Below, in pieces: positions 27,530-37,893 of a stretch of DNA of 64,000 nt. This DNA comes from Bacillota bacterium (GTDB lineage Bacteria; Pseudomonadota; Gammaproteobacteria; Natronospirales; REEB76): assembly GCA_050261675.1 (NCBI GenBank), contig JBLNDO010000055.1, positions 2,701 through 66,700 of the forward strand. The letters run 5' to 3'. The stretch's first letter is position 1. The number at the start of each line of letters is the position of its first letter. The notes under the pieces are model-generated. The model was not told the origin of the DNA and did not search any database. It worked only from the letters and a program-made list of their open reading frames with translations. The position numbers and the translations under genes are program-made.

Positions 27530-28486
27530 ATGGCAGAGACTCGCATCGCGGTGGTCATCCCCTGCTATAAAGTAAAGGCAAAGGTGAGCCAGGTGATCGC
27601 CGGCATCGGCCCGGAGGTCGCTTGGATTCTCTGCGTTGACGACGCCTGCCCCGAAAAGAGCGGCGACTACATCCGCGATAGCGTGCGCGATCCACGCGTC
27701 TCCGTCATCCGTCTCACCGAAAACCAAGGCGTGGGCGGTGCCACCTGCGCCGGCTACCGCGCGGCGCTTGAGAAGCACGCCGATGTGGTGGTGAAGCTCG
27801 ATGGCGACGGTCAGATGGACCCGAAACTCATCCCAACCCTGGTAAAGCCGATTGCAGCAGGCGCAGCCGACTATGCCAAGGGCAACCGTTTCTACAACAT
27901 GGAAGACGTGGCGGCCATGCCGCTGCTCCGGCTCCTGGGCAACGCCTTCCTGTCCTTCGCTTCCAAGTTCTCCTCCGGTTACTGGTCGGTGGTGGATCCG
28001 ACCAACGGCTACACCGCGGTGCACGGCAAGGTGCTTTCGCTCCTGCCGCTCGACAAGCTCAGCCGTCGCTGGTTCTTCGAAAGCGACATGCTGTTCCGCT
28101 TGAACACCATCGGAGCGGTGATCGCCGACGTACCCATGCGCGCCGTCTACGCCGACGAACGCAGCAATTTCCACGCGTTGACAGTGATCCCGGAGTTCGC
28201 CTGGAAGCACCTGCGCAACTACCTGAAGCGCATCTTCTACAACTACTTTCTGCGCGGCTTCTCCATCGCCTCGGTGGAGCTGCTCGCGGGAATCGCCCTG
28301 CTCACGTTCGGTATCGCCTACGGTGCGGTGGAATGGGAGGCGGCGTTCTCGCGCCAGGCCTATGCATCCGCCGGTACGGTGATGATGGCGGCGCTGCCGG
28401 TGATCCTGGGCTTCCAGCTGCTACTGTCTTTTCTCAACTACGACATACAGGCGGCACCCACCGCGCCGCTCCAAGGCCGCTTATGA
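27530..28486 (+). CDS. GT2 polyprenol-phosphate glycosyltransferase with C-terminal TM helices
   Basis: VVIPCY, VDDAC, NQGVGGA, DGDGQMD and DPTNGY motifs. Confidence 0.9.
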   Translation: MAETRIAVVIPCYKVKAKVSQVIAGIGPEVAWILCVDDACPEKSGDYIRDSVRDPRVSVIRLTENQGVGGATCAGYRAALEKHADVVVKLDGDGQMDPKLIPTLVKPIAAGAADYAKGNRFYNMEDVAAMPLLRLLGNAFLSFASKFSSGYWSVVDPTNGYTAVHGKVLSLLPLDKLSRRWFFESDMLFRLNTIGAVIADVPMRAVYADERSNFHALTVIPEFAWKHLRNYLKRIFYNYFLRGFSIASVELLAGIALLTFGIAYGAVEWEAAFSRQAYASAGTVMMAALPVILGFQLLLSFLNYDIQAAPTAPLQGRL

Positions 28487-28511
28487 GCGGCCGTATCAAA
28501 GAGCCCCGCTT

Positions 28512-28865
28512 ATGAGCGCCTACCGTTATCTGATGGTATTCCTGTGCGTGGCGCTCATCTGCGTGGGCCAGGTGCTGTTCAAGTACGCGGCCATGACCGC
28601 CGATAACCGCTACGGCGTGTTGGGCTTGCTGTGGAACAAGTTCCTGATCCTCGCCGGGTTCATCTACGTGGGCGCTACCTTCCTGTGGGTATGGCAGCTC
28701 AAGTTCGTACCCTTGAACCGCGCCTACCCTATCTACGCCGCCGCATTCGTGATCGTGCCGCTCTTGAGCTGGATATTCTTCCGCGAACGCGTCGGCCTCA
28801 CCTATGGGCTGGGCGCAGCACTGATTGTGGCCGGCGTTGTGCTGTGTACGCGTGATCTGGCCTGA
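28512..28865 (+). CDS. SMR/EamA-like 4-TM protein (ArnE/ArnF-like flippase candidate)
   Basis: GQVLFK, VPLNRAYP and FFRERV motifs. Confidence 0.8.
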   Translation: MSAYRYLMVFLCVALICVGQVLFKYAAMTADNRYGVLGLLWNKFLILAGFIYVGATFLWVWQLKFVPLNRAYPIYAAAFVIVPLLSWIFFRERVGLTYGLGAALIVAGVVLCTRDLA

Positions 28866-28894
28866 ACCCCGACACACTCCGTCCTAAACACCGT

Positions 28895-31375
28895 ATGCCC
28901 GACCTCCTTGAATCCCGCAGCCGGCTCCTTGCGCTCGCTGCCGCCGCGCTCATTCTGCTTTTGACTGCGTTCACGGCCTGGGCGCTGGTAAAGAACCACA
29001 CCTTCGCGACGTATCCGGTCCACGCCCTCGGTCTTTTGCTGGCGCCGGCCTTGCTCTCCATCGCGGTAGGGTTGTTCCGCCCGGTGCGCACCGGCCGCGC
29101 GCTATTGCTCGGCTTGGCGCTCATGTTCGCGGCCTGGATCGTCGGTTACGCGGGCCTTGCCGCCGCCGCGCTGCTGCTTTTCGCGGCACTTTCCGTGGGC
29201 GATTTTGTCGGCCGTCCCGGCGGTATCGGCCGCGACCACGCGGGTCTTCTGGACGCGCTTCTTGCCCTTTCCCTTGGGCTTGGGGTGCTCGCCATCCTGC
29301 TCACCGCCCTCGCACACTACAAGATCAGTGCCGCGCCGGCATACGCGGCGGGGTTATTGGCGCTGGCGCTGGCGGGCTGGCGTCGGAACATCCGCTATCT
29401 TGGCGCACTTGGCGGCTGGCTCTCGGACGATTCGCGCGCGGGACCCGGACTCTGGTTGACCGCGGGCCTGTTTGTGGGGCTCGCGCTCATCAACATCAGC
29501 TATTCGGGCCTTTTCGGGTTCACCGCTGACACCACCAGTTCGCACCTGTATGTATCGAGTTATATCTCGACTTACGGCCAGTGGTCCTTCGACGTTCAGA
29601 AATATGTCTGGGGTGTGGAACCCCTGGCCGCAGACTACCTCTTCGGCACCGTGTACCTGCTGAGCGATGCCAGCGGTGCGCAGTTCCTGAATGTGCTAGT
29701 GACGCTGCTCACCGCCGGGCTGATCTATGCCGCCAGCCGGCCGCGCGCCGGGACGCTGAACGCGCTTCTCGCCGCCACCGCCTGGCTCGCCATGCCGATC
29801 CTGCTGCAGCTCGCCCAGTCGTTGTACGCGGAGGGCTTTCTCGGTCTGTTCGCATTCGCCTGCTTCGTCTACCTGAACGACGAACGTATGACAGAGTCCA
29901 AACCTTGGTGGGCCGGGCTGGTGGCGGGCCTGCTGGCCGGTGCCGCCGTCGCCGTCAAGCTCACCGGCTGGGTGTTCGCGCCCGCCTACCTGCTGTTCGT
30001 GCTGTTGGTACTGCGTCCACGTCACGACTGGAAGTGGGCGACGCGCGTAGCCGTGACCGCGGCCTTGGTGATGATCACGCTCGGCGGAATCCAGTATTGG
30101 TACGCGCTCAGCTACACCGGCAATCCGGTATTCTTCTATTACAACGCCGTCTTCCATTCGCCGTACGGCGACCCGCAGAATTTCTTCGACAGCCATTGGA
30201 CAGGACGTTATAACTGGCACCTGCCCTTCGACCTCACTTTCCACACCGACCGCTTCGGCGAGAACGGCGCGGGCTCCATGGGCTTCCAGTGGCTGGTGTT
30301 CCTCCCCGCGGGACTGCTCCTGATGTTCCTCAAAGACGGATTGCGGGCCCGCTGTTTCGGTCTCACCGGCCTGTTCTACGCCGCGGTGGTGCTGATGCCG
30401 GAGCAGTACCTGCGCTACGCGCTGCCGGCGTTCCCATTCTTGTCGGTGCTGCTGGCGGAGATCGGTACCCAGCCGGTTGCGGCGCTGCAAGTGGCCTATC
30501 GTGCCGGCCTGTATGCCGTCATAGGGGTCAACGTATTCGCCGTGCAGAACATGATGCACCGCTTCGGCGACGTGCCCACCGGCATCGTCTATCACAAAGA
30601 CGTACGCGATGAGTTCCTGCGCGAGGTTGCGCCCACGGTCGCGGCCAATCGGATCATCAACGCACTCGAGCCCGAACCGGTGAACGTCCTGTACGTTTCA
30701 ATGCCGGGCGGCGCGGAACTGCGTGGCACCGCCTATTACCAGAGCTGGTACAACCCGCTCATCGCCAGCGCTTTCACCCGCATCCATTCCCCGGATGACG
30801 TGGGTGCCATTGTGGCCGCCAATGAGATCCGCTATATCGTGCTCGATCCCGCCTTCCCCCACACGCGCGGGATTCTGCAGGTGTCGATGTACTGCGAGCA
30901 TCATGCCCAACTAATCGCGAAGATCGGCACACTCAGTCTCTATCGTGTCAACCCCGGCGCGACCTACGTCCACGACGTGGTGGACAACCCGGATCTCGCG
31001 GACGGGGCCCAGGGCTGGAAATTCCTTCACGGCGCGGTGCCCAGACTATTGCCCGGTCGCGGTTACCTGCTGGCCCGAGAGAACACCATCTCGCAACAAC
31101 TGCACGTGACGAATTTCACCGCCGGCCAGCCGATCTCCTTCAACGCCAGCCTGAAATGCCTTCCGCCGCAGGGGAAGCTGACTGTCTTGATCCACTGGAA
31201 GACGGGGCCGGATGAGTACAAGGATTCGTTCGCCTACTACTATTGCCTGCACCCGGGACCCCGGACCGTTAGCGAGATGTTTTATGCACCACCGGGCACG
31301 TTATCGGGCGTAGCGGAGCTCAGCGTGGAGGAGAAGACGCGGGTGGCGGTGTCGCAAATATCCGTTCGCGATTGA
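28895..31375 (+). CDS. GT-C-like multi-pass membrane protein with a C-terminal periplasmic domain
   Basis: Many TM helices, AVKLTG and TGNPVFFYYN motifs; paralog of 37894-39960. Confidence 0.75.
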   Translation: MPDLLESRSRLLALAAAALILLLTAFTAWALVKNHTFATYPVHALGLLLAPALLSIAVGLFRPVRTGRALLLGLALMFAAWIVGYAGLAAAALLLFAALSVGDFVGRPGGIGRDHAGLLDALLALSLGLGVLAILLTALAHYKISAAPAYAAGLLALALAGWRRNIRYLGALGGWLSDDSRAGPGLWLTAGLFVGLALINISYSGLFGFTADTTSSHLYVSSYISTYGQWSFDVQKYVWGVEPLAADYLFGTVYLLSDASGAQFLNVLVTLLTAGLIYAASRPRAGTLNALLAATAWLAMPILLQLAQSLYAEGFLGLFAFACFVYLNDERMTESKPWWAGLVAGLLAGAAVAVKLTGWVFAPAYLLFVLLVLRPRHDWKWATRVAVTAALVMITLGGIQYWYALSYTGNPVFFYYNAVFHSPYGDPQNFFDSHWTGRYNWHLPFDLTFHTDRFGENGAGSMGFQWLVFLPAGLLLMFLKDGLRARCFGLTGLFYAAVVLMPEQYLRYALPAFPFLSVLLAEIGTQPVAALQVAYRAGLYAVIGVNVFAVQNMMHRFGDVPTGIVYHKDVRDEFLREVAPTVAANRIINALEPEPVNVLYVSMPGGAELRGTAYYQSWYNPLIASAFTRIHSPDDVGAIVAANEIRYIVLDPAFPHTRGILQVSMYCEHHAQLIAKIGTLSLYRVNPGATYVHDVVDNPDLADGAQGWKFLHGAVPRLLPGRGYLLARENTISQQLHVTNFTAGQPISFNASLKCLPPQGKLTVLIHWKTGPDEYKDSFAYYYCLHPGPRTVSEMFYAPPGTLSGVAELSVEEKTRVAVSQISVRD

Positions 31376-31390
31376 CCAGTAATTCATGGT

Positions 31391-33070
31391 TCATTGGCAA
31401 TAGGTCGGGCGCATGGCCTTCTCCAGCATGGCGCAGATGACCGCGCCCCCGCGAGGCGCCTGGCCGTAATCACCCGGCGCATAGGCAGAGAGGTCCGTGC
31501 CGGCGGGCGCATAAGGCCTGAGCCAGTCCCGGTCCAGCACGCGCATCGCCCCGTTGGGCGCGTAATCCAGCACCAGCACCTTGTCATAGGATGCAAAGGT
31601 GTTGGCGCGGTTGACCCGGATCGTCTGCACCGCCGCCATCTCACCGTCCCGGAACTGGAACAGCGGCCCGCGGATGGGCGTGAAACTCGCCCGCAGGCTG
31701 CGGTCGCCGTACATGAGGCGCAGGGCGAGCTCGAGCGTGTGGCGGCGGTTGTAGAAACCCCCGAGGCGCTTCGCCTGGGGTCCGTCGTGCAGGTGGATGA
31801 CGAACATGGTGCCGGGCGGCGGTTGCGGTACGGTGGCGGCGATGGACGCGAGCAGCCGCTCCTCGCCGCGATAGCCCTCGGTCCAGCCGGCGCGCTTCTC
31901 AAGGCCCGTGAGCGTCACGAAACCCGCCAGCAGCGCCACCAGGAGCCAGGGCAGCTGCGGCGCGTTGAGGCGGCGCGGCAGCCAGAAGAACAACGGCATC
32001 AGCATGAGCATGTAAAGGAAGATGCCGGCGGCGAAGAGCTGCCGCTGGGCGCCCAGGCGCACGCTGGAGGTGGCATAAGGCAGGTAACTGGCGGCGGCGA
32101 GCGCCACGAGCCCCAAGCAGAGCACCAGGTACCAGCGCGCGTTGCGCCCCGCTTCCCCGCCCTCGCCTTCGGCCGCGGGGAGCGCGCGCGCCACGGCGAG
32201 CCCGAGCACCGCGGGCGGCAGGGCCCAGAGGAAATACACCGGCCGGAAATCGGCGAGCGTGAGCGCGCTGCGGGTGAAGAACAAAAGCGTCTCGTGGGCG
32301 TAGCCCGCGAGGATGCCGCCGAGGTGCAGGTCCGCCACCTGGGCCTCGTGACCCCCGGCGTGCTTCAGGACCAGCACCACCTGGAAGACGTTGTACGCCA
32401 CCGGCAGCCAGCCGGCCTTGATGAGCCAGGTCCAGGAGGTCTTGCCGCCTTCGAGCCGGTGCAGCAGCCACACGCCCACCGGAAAGGCGAGCATCAGCAC
32501 CAGGAAGGCGCTGTAGGTGAGGCAGGAGGTGAGCTGGAACAGCAGCATGGCGAACAGCGCCGCCCGGCTGCCGGTCTGCAGGTGCACGAGCGCGCACAGG
32601 CAGGCGGCCAGCGTGAGCACCAGGCCCATGTGCACGCCGGTCACGTCCACCCAGAAGTACACGGAATCCGCCGGGTGGAACAGGGCGACGAGGCCGCAGC
32701 CCACGGCGAAGGCGGCGCGCGCCGGGAACAGCCGCCGCACGATCCCGTAGAACAGGCCGGCGCGCAGCACCGCGAACAGGAACAGGAAGGCCTGCCAGCC
32801 CTGGAAGCCGCCGTCGCCGAGGCGCATGCCGATTTCCCGCGGCACGCTGCCGAACACGCGCGTGGTGGAGATGGCGTAGATGCGCGCGTTGCTCAGCAGG
32901 GTCTCGAGCTTGATCCAGCCGTCGTTGGTGGGCCCGATGTTGAAGCCGTCCGGCAGCCACACCATGAGCGCCGCCAGCGTGAAGAGCGTGTACGGGTGCA
33001 GGAGCACGCGCTTAAGCGCCGCGAGGGCGGCGCCCGAGCGGGCGCGGTCGAGGGGGGCCGGGGTCAGCAT
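31391..33070 (-). CDS. Multi-pass membrane protein, putative GT-C glycosyltransferase
   Basis: Starts MLTPAPLD; TM1 followed by an acidic loop (NDGW), ~11 TMs and a periplasmic C-terminus. Confidence 0.65.
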   Translation of the reverse strand: MLTPAPLDRARSGAALAALKRVLLHPYTLFTLAALMVWLPDGFNIGPTNDGWIKLETLLSNARIYAISTTRVFGSVPREIGMRLGDGGFQGWQAFLFLFAVLRAGLFYGIVRRLFPARAAFAVGCGLVALFHPADSVYFWVDVTGVHMGLVLTLAACLCALVHLQTGSRAALFAMLLFQLTSCLTYSAFLVLMLAFPVGVWLLHRLEGGKTSWTWLIKAGWLPVAYNVFQVVLVLKHAGGHEAQVADLHLGGILAGYAHETLLFFTRSALTLADFRPVYFLWALPPAVLGLAVARALPAAEGEGGEAGRNARWYLVLCLGLVALAAASYLPYATSSVRLGAQRQLFAAGIFLYMLMLMPLFFWLPRRLNAPQLPWLLVALLAGFVTLTGLEKRAGWTEGYRGEERLLASIAATVPQPPPGTMFVIHLHDGPQAKRLGGFYNRRHTLELALRLMYGDRSLRASFTPIRGPLFQFRDGEMAAVQTIRVNRANTFASYDKVLVLDYAPNGAMRVLDRDWLRPYAPAGTDLSAYAPGDYGQAPRGGAVICAMLEKAMRPTYCQ

Positions 33071-33083
33071 GCGTGGCCCGCGC

Positions 33084-34541
33084 TCATGGCTTCGTGTCCT
33101 GACGCATGAAATTGAGGCGGTGCTCCGCGAGCAGGCGCGTGCCCTCGTCGCAGGCCTGGCGGTCGGGGCAATACCAGGCGGGATAGGGCTGCTTGCCGCC
33201 CGCGAGCCGCGCCTTGGCCGCCGCCACGCCGAGTTCCTGGGCATGGACGCCGAAGCGCAGGTTGACGGCGGCGGTGTAGACGTTGAACGCTTCCACGGAT
33301 ACCACCGTGAGCGTGAGGCCGGCGAGCAGCGCGGCCGCGGCGCGGCGGCGGCCGGCGCGGTGCCAGCCCCGCGCAAGATCCGCGAACACCAGTACGCAAC
33401 CGAGAATCAAAAGATGATCGGTGTAGACGTAGCGCGGCGAGCCACCGTTCAGGGTGCCCTCGCCGTAACGCCCCACCAAGAGCTCGCCGAGATACAGCGC
33501 CACGAAGACCGCGAATGCGATGGGCAGCACGCTGCGCCGGTACAGGCGCGTGCGCAGGTACACCACGAGCGCGCCCCCGGCGGCGGCCAGCACCACGCCT
33601 CCCAGGAGCGTGAGCAGCAGCGACTGGCGGGCGGGCGCGAGGCCCAGGAAAGCATCGGTGTTCACCAGGCTCGCGCCGAGGGCGTGCAGCACGTAATCGA
33701 GGGCGCTCCATAGGTCCCGGAACGTGGCGGCCAAGAGCGCGCCCAAATCCGGCGAGGTTACGTTGCCTTTCCAATAGACGAGTTCGGCGAGCAGCGTCGC
33801 CGCGGCGATCCAGGCGAAGCGCGCGAGCCGCGTGCGCGGAGGTACGTCAGGCCGGAATGTCGCGAGCCCGGCGGCCACGAGGGTCGCGACGGCGAGCGCC
33901 GGGTTCTTGCCAGCGCCGAACAGGACAAAGGCCAGCAGAGAGGCGCATGCCAGCGCCGCGTCGCGCCAACCTGCGTCGGCGCGGCGCCCGGAGTCGAGGC
34001 GCATCCAGAGCGCGGCGAAGATCACGCTGCCGGGGATGGTGAACACCGCCAGGAGTTCGTAGCTGTAGGCGTGGGTCTGGGCGAAGCTGAAGACGGCGAG
34101 CGCCGCCGGCAGGAAGGCGTAATGGTCGAAGGCGGTGGCGGGTTCCGGGCGCAGACGGAGGTGATGGCGGTAGAGGAGCCAGGCGAACGCGCCGAGGGCC
34201 AGGGCGCCGAGCCAGCAGCCCAGGCGCACGTCGAGGCCGAACCACAGCGCGTTCACCAGCAGGTACAGCTTGTAGGGCGGCGTGCGGTGCGCCGACTGCA
34301 CGGTGTTGGGATCGAACAGGTCCTGCACGTAGAAGTGGCCCGCGTACCACTCGCGCAGCATGGGCAAGAAGCGCCATTCGTCGCGGCTGACCGTGTCCAC
34401 CACCGCCGCGCCCACGTAGAGCATCACCCCGAGGGTGGCGAGGCCGATGACGCTCAGCACCACGCGCCGCGCCGTTCTGGGCTCGGCCAGGAGGCGCGGC
34501 AAGGCCTGCAGGGGGCGGACGTATTCGGCGGGGATATACAT
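33084..34541 (-). CDS. Multi-pass membrane protein, putative GT-C glycosyltransferase
   Basis: TM1 followed by RDEW, then HR and SPRY motifs typical of GT-C-like proteins. Confidence 0.7.
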   Translation of the reverse strand: MYIPAEYVRPLQALPRLLAEPRTARRVVLSVIGLATLGVMLYVGAAVVDTVSRDEWRFLPMLREWYAGHFYVQDLFDPNTVQSAHRTPPYKLYLLVNALWFGLDVRLGCWLGALALGAFAWLLYRHHLRLRPEPATAFDHYAFLPAALAVFSFAQTHAYSYELLAVFTIPGSVIFAALWMRLDSGRRADAGWRDAALACASLLAFVLFGAGKNPALAVATLVAAGLATFRPDVPPRTRLARFAWIAAATLLAELVYWKGNVTSPDLGALLAATFRDLWSALDYVLHALGASLVNTDAFLGLAPARQSLLLTLLGGVVLAAAGGALVVYLRTRLYRRSVLPIAFAVFVALYLGELLVGRYGEGTLNGGSPRYVYTDHLLILGCVLVFADLARGWHRAGRRRAAAALLAGLTLTVVSVEAFNVYTAAVNLRFGVHAQELGVAAAKARLAGGKQPYPAWYCPDRQACDEGTRLLAEHRLNFMRQDTKP

Positions 34542-34545
34542 GGCT

Positions 34546-35592
34546 TCAGCCGCCCGCCGGCGGTGGCGGCTCCACCGGACCGCCGCTGAACATGCGCAGC
34601 GACCAGACCGCGCCCACGGCGGAGATCAGGAACAGGGGCACGAGCCCCATGAGGGCCGCGCCGGTGACCTCCGCCTGGGGCACGCCCATGCCCGTCAACA
34701 CCACCACCAGGGTGCCTTCCCGCACGCCGAGGCCGTTCAGGGACACGGGCGTCATGGAGGCGAGCCAGGCCAGGGGCGCCGCCAGCACCACCGAGAACAC
34801 CGAGGTGCGGGCGCCCAGGCTCGTGAGGAAGCACCAGAACATGGCGATGTAGCAGAGCTGGAACACCAGGCTGTAGACGAGCCCGATGACGACGCTCTTG
34901 GGCGACAGCGCGTAGCGGATGAGATGGCCGCTGCCCTCCTTCAACCCGCGCAGGAACCGGGCGAGGCGCGACTCGCCCGCGAGCGGTGCGTGGCGCGCCA
35001 GGTGCACGAGCCAGAGCCCCGCGAGGATGGCGCCCACGATCACCGCGGCCACGATCATGAAGCGCCAGTCGCCAAAATTGAGTCCGCGCCACACGGCGCC
35101 GGCGCAGGCCAGGAAGGCGATGGAGCCGATGCCGCAGAGCCGCTCGAACACCACGCTGGCGTAGAGCTGCGGCTTGTGCACGGTGGCGGCGCCGTAAAGG
35201 ATGATGGGCCGCACCACGTCGCCGCCCGCCACGCCGGGGAGGAAGTTGCTGGCGTACATGCCCACGGTGTTGGCCCGCAGCACCGGCAGGAAGCGCGGCC
35301 GGAAGCCGCTCATGAGCAGGAGGGTGTGCCAACGCTTCGCGGCGGTGAGCTGCCCCAGCATGTAGGCGGCGATGCCGAGGCCGACGTACAGGGGATCGGT
35401 GTGGGCCAGCACCTCCCCCACCCGGTACTTGCGCCCGAGGTACACCAGGCCGCCGATGAGCGCCGCACTGACGAGGAGGCGCAGCAGTTTACGCAACCCG
35501 TGCCGCTGCGCCGCTGGCGGCTTCAGGGCGTGCAGCCGCGCGCGCAGCCCGCTGTCCCTGTCCACGGCCGGGGTCTTGGGCTCGCCGGTCAT
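34546..35592 (-). CDS. Lysylphosphatidylglycerol-synthase TM domain (flippase-like) protein
   Basis: RWHTLL, NFLPGVAGGDVVR, ERLCG and PVSLNGLGVREG motifs. Confidence 0.85.
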   Translation of the reverse strand: MTGEPKTPAVDRDSGLRARLHALKPPAAQRHGLRKLLRLLVSAALIGGLVYLGRKYRVGEVLAHTDPLYVGLGIAAYMLGQLTAAKRWHTLLLMSGFRPRFLPVLRANTVGMYASNFLPGVAGGDVVRPIILYGAATVHKPQLYASVVFERLCGIGSIAFLACAGAVWRGLNFGDWRFMIVAAVIVGAILAGLWLVHLARHAPLAGESRLARFLRGLKEGSGHLIRYALSPKSVVIGLVYSLVFQLCYIAMFWCFLTSLGARTSVFSVVLAAPLAWLASMTPVSLNGLGVREGTLVVVLTGMGVPQAEVTGAALMGLVPLFLISAVGAVWSLRMFSGGPVEPPPPAGG

Positions 35593-35596
35593 GGAG

Positions 35597-36574
35597 TCAG
35601 AATTCCTTGCGGAAAATGTAGAACTGCAGGTTGGTGGAGGATTCCTGGACCAGGCGGCCGATGTACTCGCCGAGCACACCCAAGGCGAGCAGCACGTTGC
35701 CCGAGAAGAACGAGATCAGCACCGCGAGCGACGGCCAGCCGAGCACGCCGGTGTGATGGCCGAAGAGCACCCGCAGGATCACGTACACCGCGAACAGGAG
35801 GCTGGCGATGCTCACCGCCGTGCCCCAGAAGATCATGAAGCGCAGCGGGATGAAGGAGTGGTTGATGAGCAGGTACGAGGCGAGCTTGAAGAGCTTGCCC
35901 AGGGTGTAGGTGCTCCGGCCGTGGTGGCGCGGCTCGTGGCGCACGTCGATGTTGACGATGGACGCGGTGGGCACCGCGCTCAGGATCAGGGCCGGGAGAT
36001 AGGGGTGCACGCCCTTGTAGGCGGCGATGGCGTCCACCGCCTGCCGCGACAGGCCCCGGTAGCTCGAGAACGCCAGGTGCTTCGGCTTGCCGAGGATCAC
36101 GTTGGTCATCGCCTGCACGGAGCGGCTGCCGAAGTTGCGGAACCAGCCGTGCTTCTTCTCCCCGGCGATGCGGCCGATGACGATGTGGTGGCCCTCGCGC
36201 ACCGCCTTCACGAAGCGCGGAATCTCCTCCGGCGGATTCTGCAGGTCGTCGTCGAGCGTGATCACCACCTTGCCGCGGCTGTGCTGCAGGCCGCAGAGCA
36301 CCGCGTGGTGCTGGCCGTGGTTGTGGCCGAACTGGATGAGCTTGACCCGCGGATCCTTGGCGCGGAGCCGCTGCAGCACCTCGAAGCTGTCGTCGGTGCT
36401 GCCGTCGTCCACCATGATGAGTTCCCAAGCGCGGGTCGCCGAGTCCAGCACGGGCTGGGTGCGGCGGAAGAACTCCTCGAGGCCGCCCCGGTTCATGTAC
36501 ACGGGCACCACCACGGAGAGCTCGATGCTGCCCGGGGAGGCGGCTTTGCGGGCGGCAGGGCGGCGCGCGGCCAT
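35597..36574 (-). CDS. GT2 undecaprenyl-phosphate glycosyltransferase (ArnC/GtrB-like)
   Basis: VVVPVY, VDDGSTD, NHGQH, DDDLQNPP and LGEYIGR motifs. Confidence 0.9.
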   Translation of the reverse strand: MAARRPAARKAASPGSIELSVVVPVYMNRGGLEEFFRRTQPVLDSATRAWELIMVDDGSTDDSFEVLQRLRAKDPRVKLIQFGHNHGQHHAVLCGLQHSRGKVVITLDDDLQNPPEEIPRFVKAVREGHHIVIGRIAGEKKHGWFRNFGSRSVQAMTNVILGKPKHLAFSSYRGLSRQAVDAIAAYKGVHPYLPALILSAVPTASIVNIDVRHEPRHHGRSTYTLGKLFKLASYLLINHSFIPLRFMIFWGTAVSIASLLFAVYVILRVLFGHHTGVLGWPSLAVLISFFSGNVLLALGVLGEYIGRLVQESSTNLQFYIFRKEF

Positions 36575-37734
36575 CAGCGGGCCGCTTTGCGCGGTAAGGT
36601 CTTCGCGAGCGCCGCCTCGATGGAGCCGGTCACCCGCTCCACGTCCGCATCCTTCATGTCCGGCCACAAGGGCAGGCGGATGAGGCGCGCGTAGATGTCA
36701 TCCGTCACCTTGAGCTCGCCGTGGGTGCGGCCGTAGCGCCGGCCGGCGGGCGCGCTGTGCAGGGGGATGTAGTGGAACACCGCCATGATGCCCTCGGCTT
36801 TCAGATGATCGAGGATGCGGTGCTGCTCCTCGGCGTTCGCCGCCAGGATGTAATAGATGTGGCCGTTATGCTCGCAGTGGGCGGGAACGGTCGGTCCGGT
36901 GATCCGGCCGGCATCGCGCAAGGGCTTCAAGGCCGCGTGGTAGCGGTTCCAAATCTCGAGCCGACGCTTGCAGATGACGGCGGTGTCCTCCAGCTGCGGC
37001 CAGAGGAAGGCGGCGATGATCTCGCTCGGCAGGTAGGAGGAGCCGATGTCTACCCAAGTGTATTTGTCCACCTGGCCGCGGAAGAACTTGGAGCGGTTGG
37101 TGCCCTTCTCCCAGATGATCTCGGCGCGCTCGGCGAAGCGCGGATCGTTGATGAGCAGCGCGCCACCCTCGCCGGAGATCACGTTCTTGGTCTCGTGGAA
37201 GCTCAGGGCCGAGAGGTGGCCGAGGCCCGCCAGCGGCTTGCCCTTGTACTTGGCGTGGATGGCCTGGGCCGAGTCCGCCACCACCAGGAGCTTGTGGCGC
37301 TTGGCGATGGCGTCGATGGCGTCCATTTCGCAGGCGACGCCGGCGTAGTGCACCACGGCAATGGCCTTGGTGCGCGGCGTGACGGCCGCTTCGACGAGTT
37401 TTTCGTCCAGGTTGAGGGTGTCGGGGCGGACGTCCACGAACACCGGCTTGGCACCGCGCAGCACAAAGGCGTTGGCGGTGGACACGAAGGTGTAGGACGG
37501 CATGATGACTTCGTCGCCCGGCCCCACCTCGGTGAGCATGGCGGCCATCTCGAGGGCGGCGGTGCAGGAATGGGTGAGCAGCGCCTTGTGGGTGCCGATG
37601 GTTTTCTCGAGCCAGCCCTGGCAGAGCTTGCCGTAGGGACCGTTGCCGGAAAGGTGGCCCTTCTCTATGGCGTCGCGGATGGCGTCCAGCTCGCGCCCGG
37701 TGGCATGCGGATAATTGAAACGCAGCTTGTCCAT
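36574..37734 (-). CDS. wecE: dTDP-4-amino-4,6-dideoxygalactose transaminase
   Basis: SCTAALE, PSYTFVSTANAF, SFHETKN, EKGTNRSKFFRGQVDKYTW and FHYIPLH motifs. Confidence 0.92.
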   Translation of the reverse strand: MDKLRFNYPHATGRELDAIRDAIEKGHLSGNGPYGKLCQGWLEKTIGTHKALLTHSCTAALEMAAMLTEVGPGDEVIMPSYTFVSTANAFVLRGAKPVFVDVRPDTLNLDEKLVEAAVTPRTKAIAVVHYAGVACEMDAIDAIAKRHKLLVVADSAQAIHAKYKGKPLAGLGHLSALSFHETKNVISGEGGALLINDPRFAERAEIIWEKGTNRSKFFRGQVDKYTWVDIGSSYLPSEIIAAFLWPQLEDTAVICKRRLEIWNRYHAALKPLRDAGRITGPTVPAHCEHNGHIYYILAANAEEQHRILDHLKAEGIMAVFHYIPLHSAPAGRRYGRTHGELKVTDDIYARLIRLPLWPDMKDADVERVTGSIEAALAKTLPRKAAR

Positions 37735-37893
37735 GGTTTCGGGGCGTCAGGATTGGAGATAAAGCCGGCATTTTACCTGCATGGACGTCGCTTGGGCACG
37801 CCGTCATTCTTAAGCCACCCTGCCCGGATCCAGGCACACCGGGACCCAAAACAGCTTGTTAGACTGGCATGGGGCAACTAACCGTCACGACCT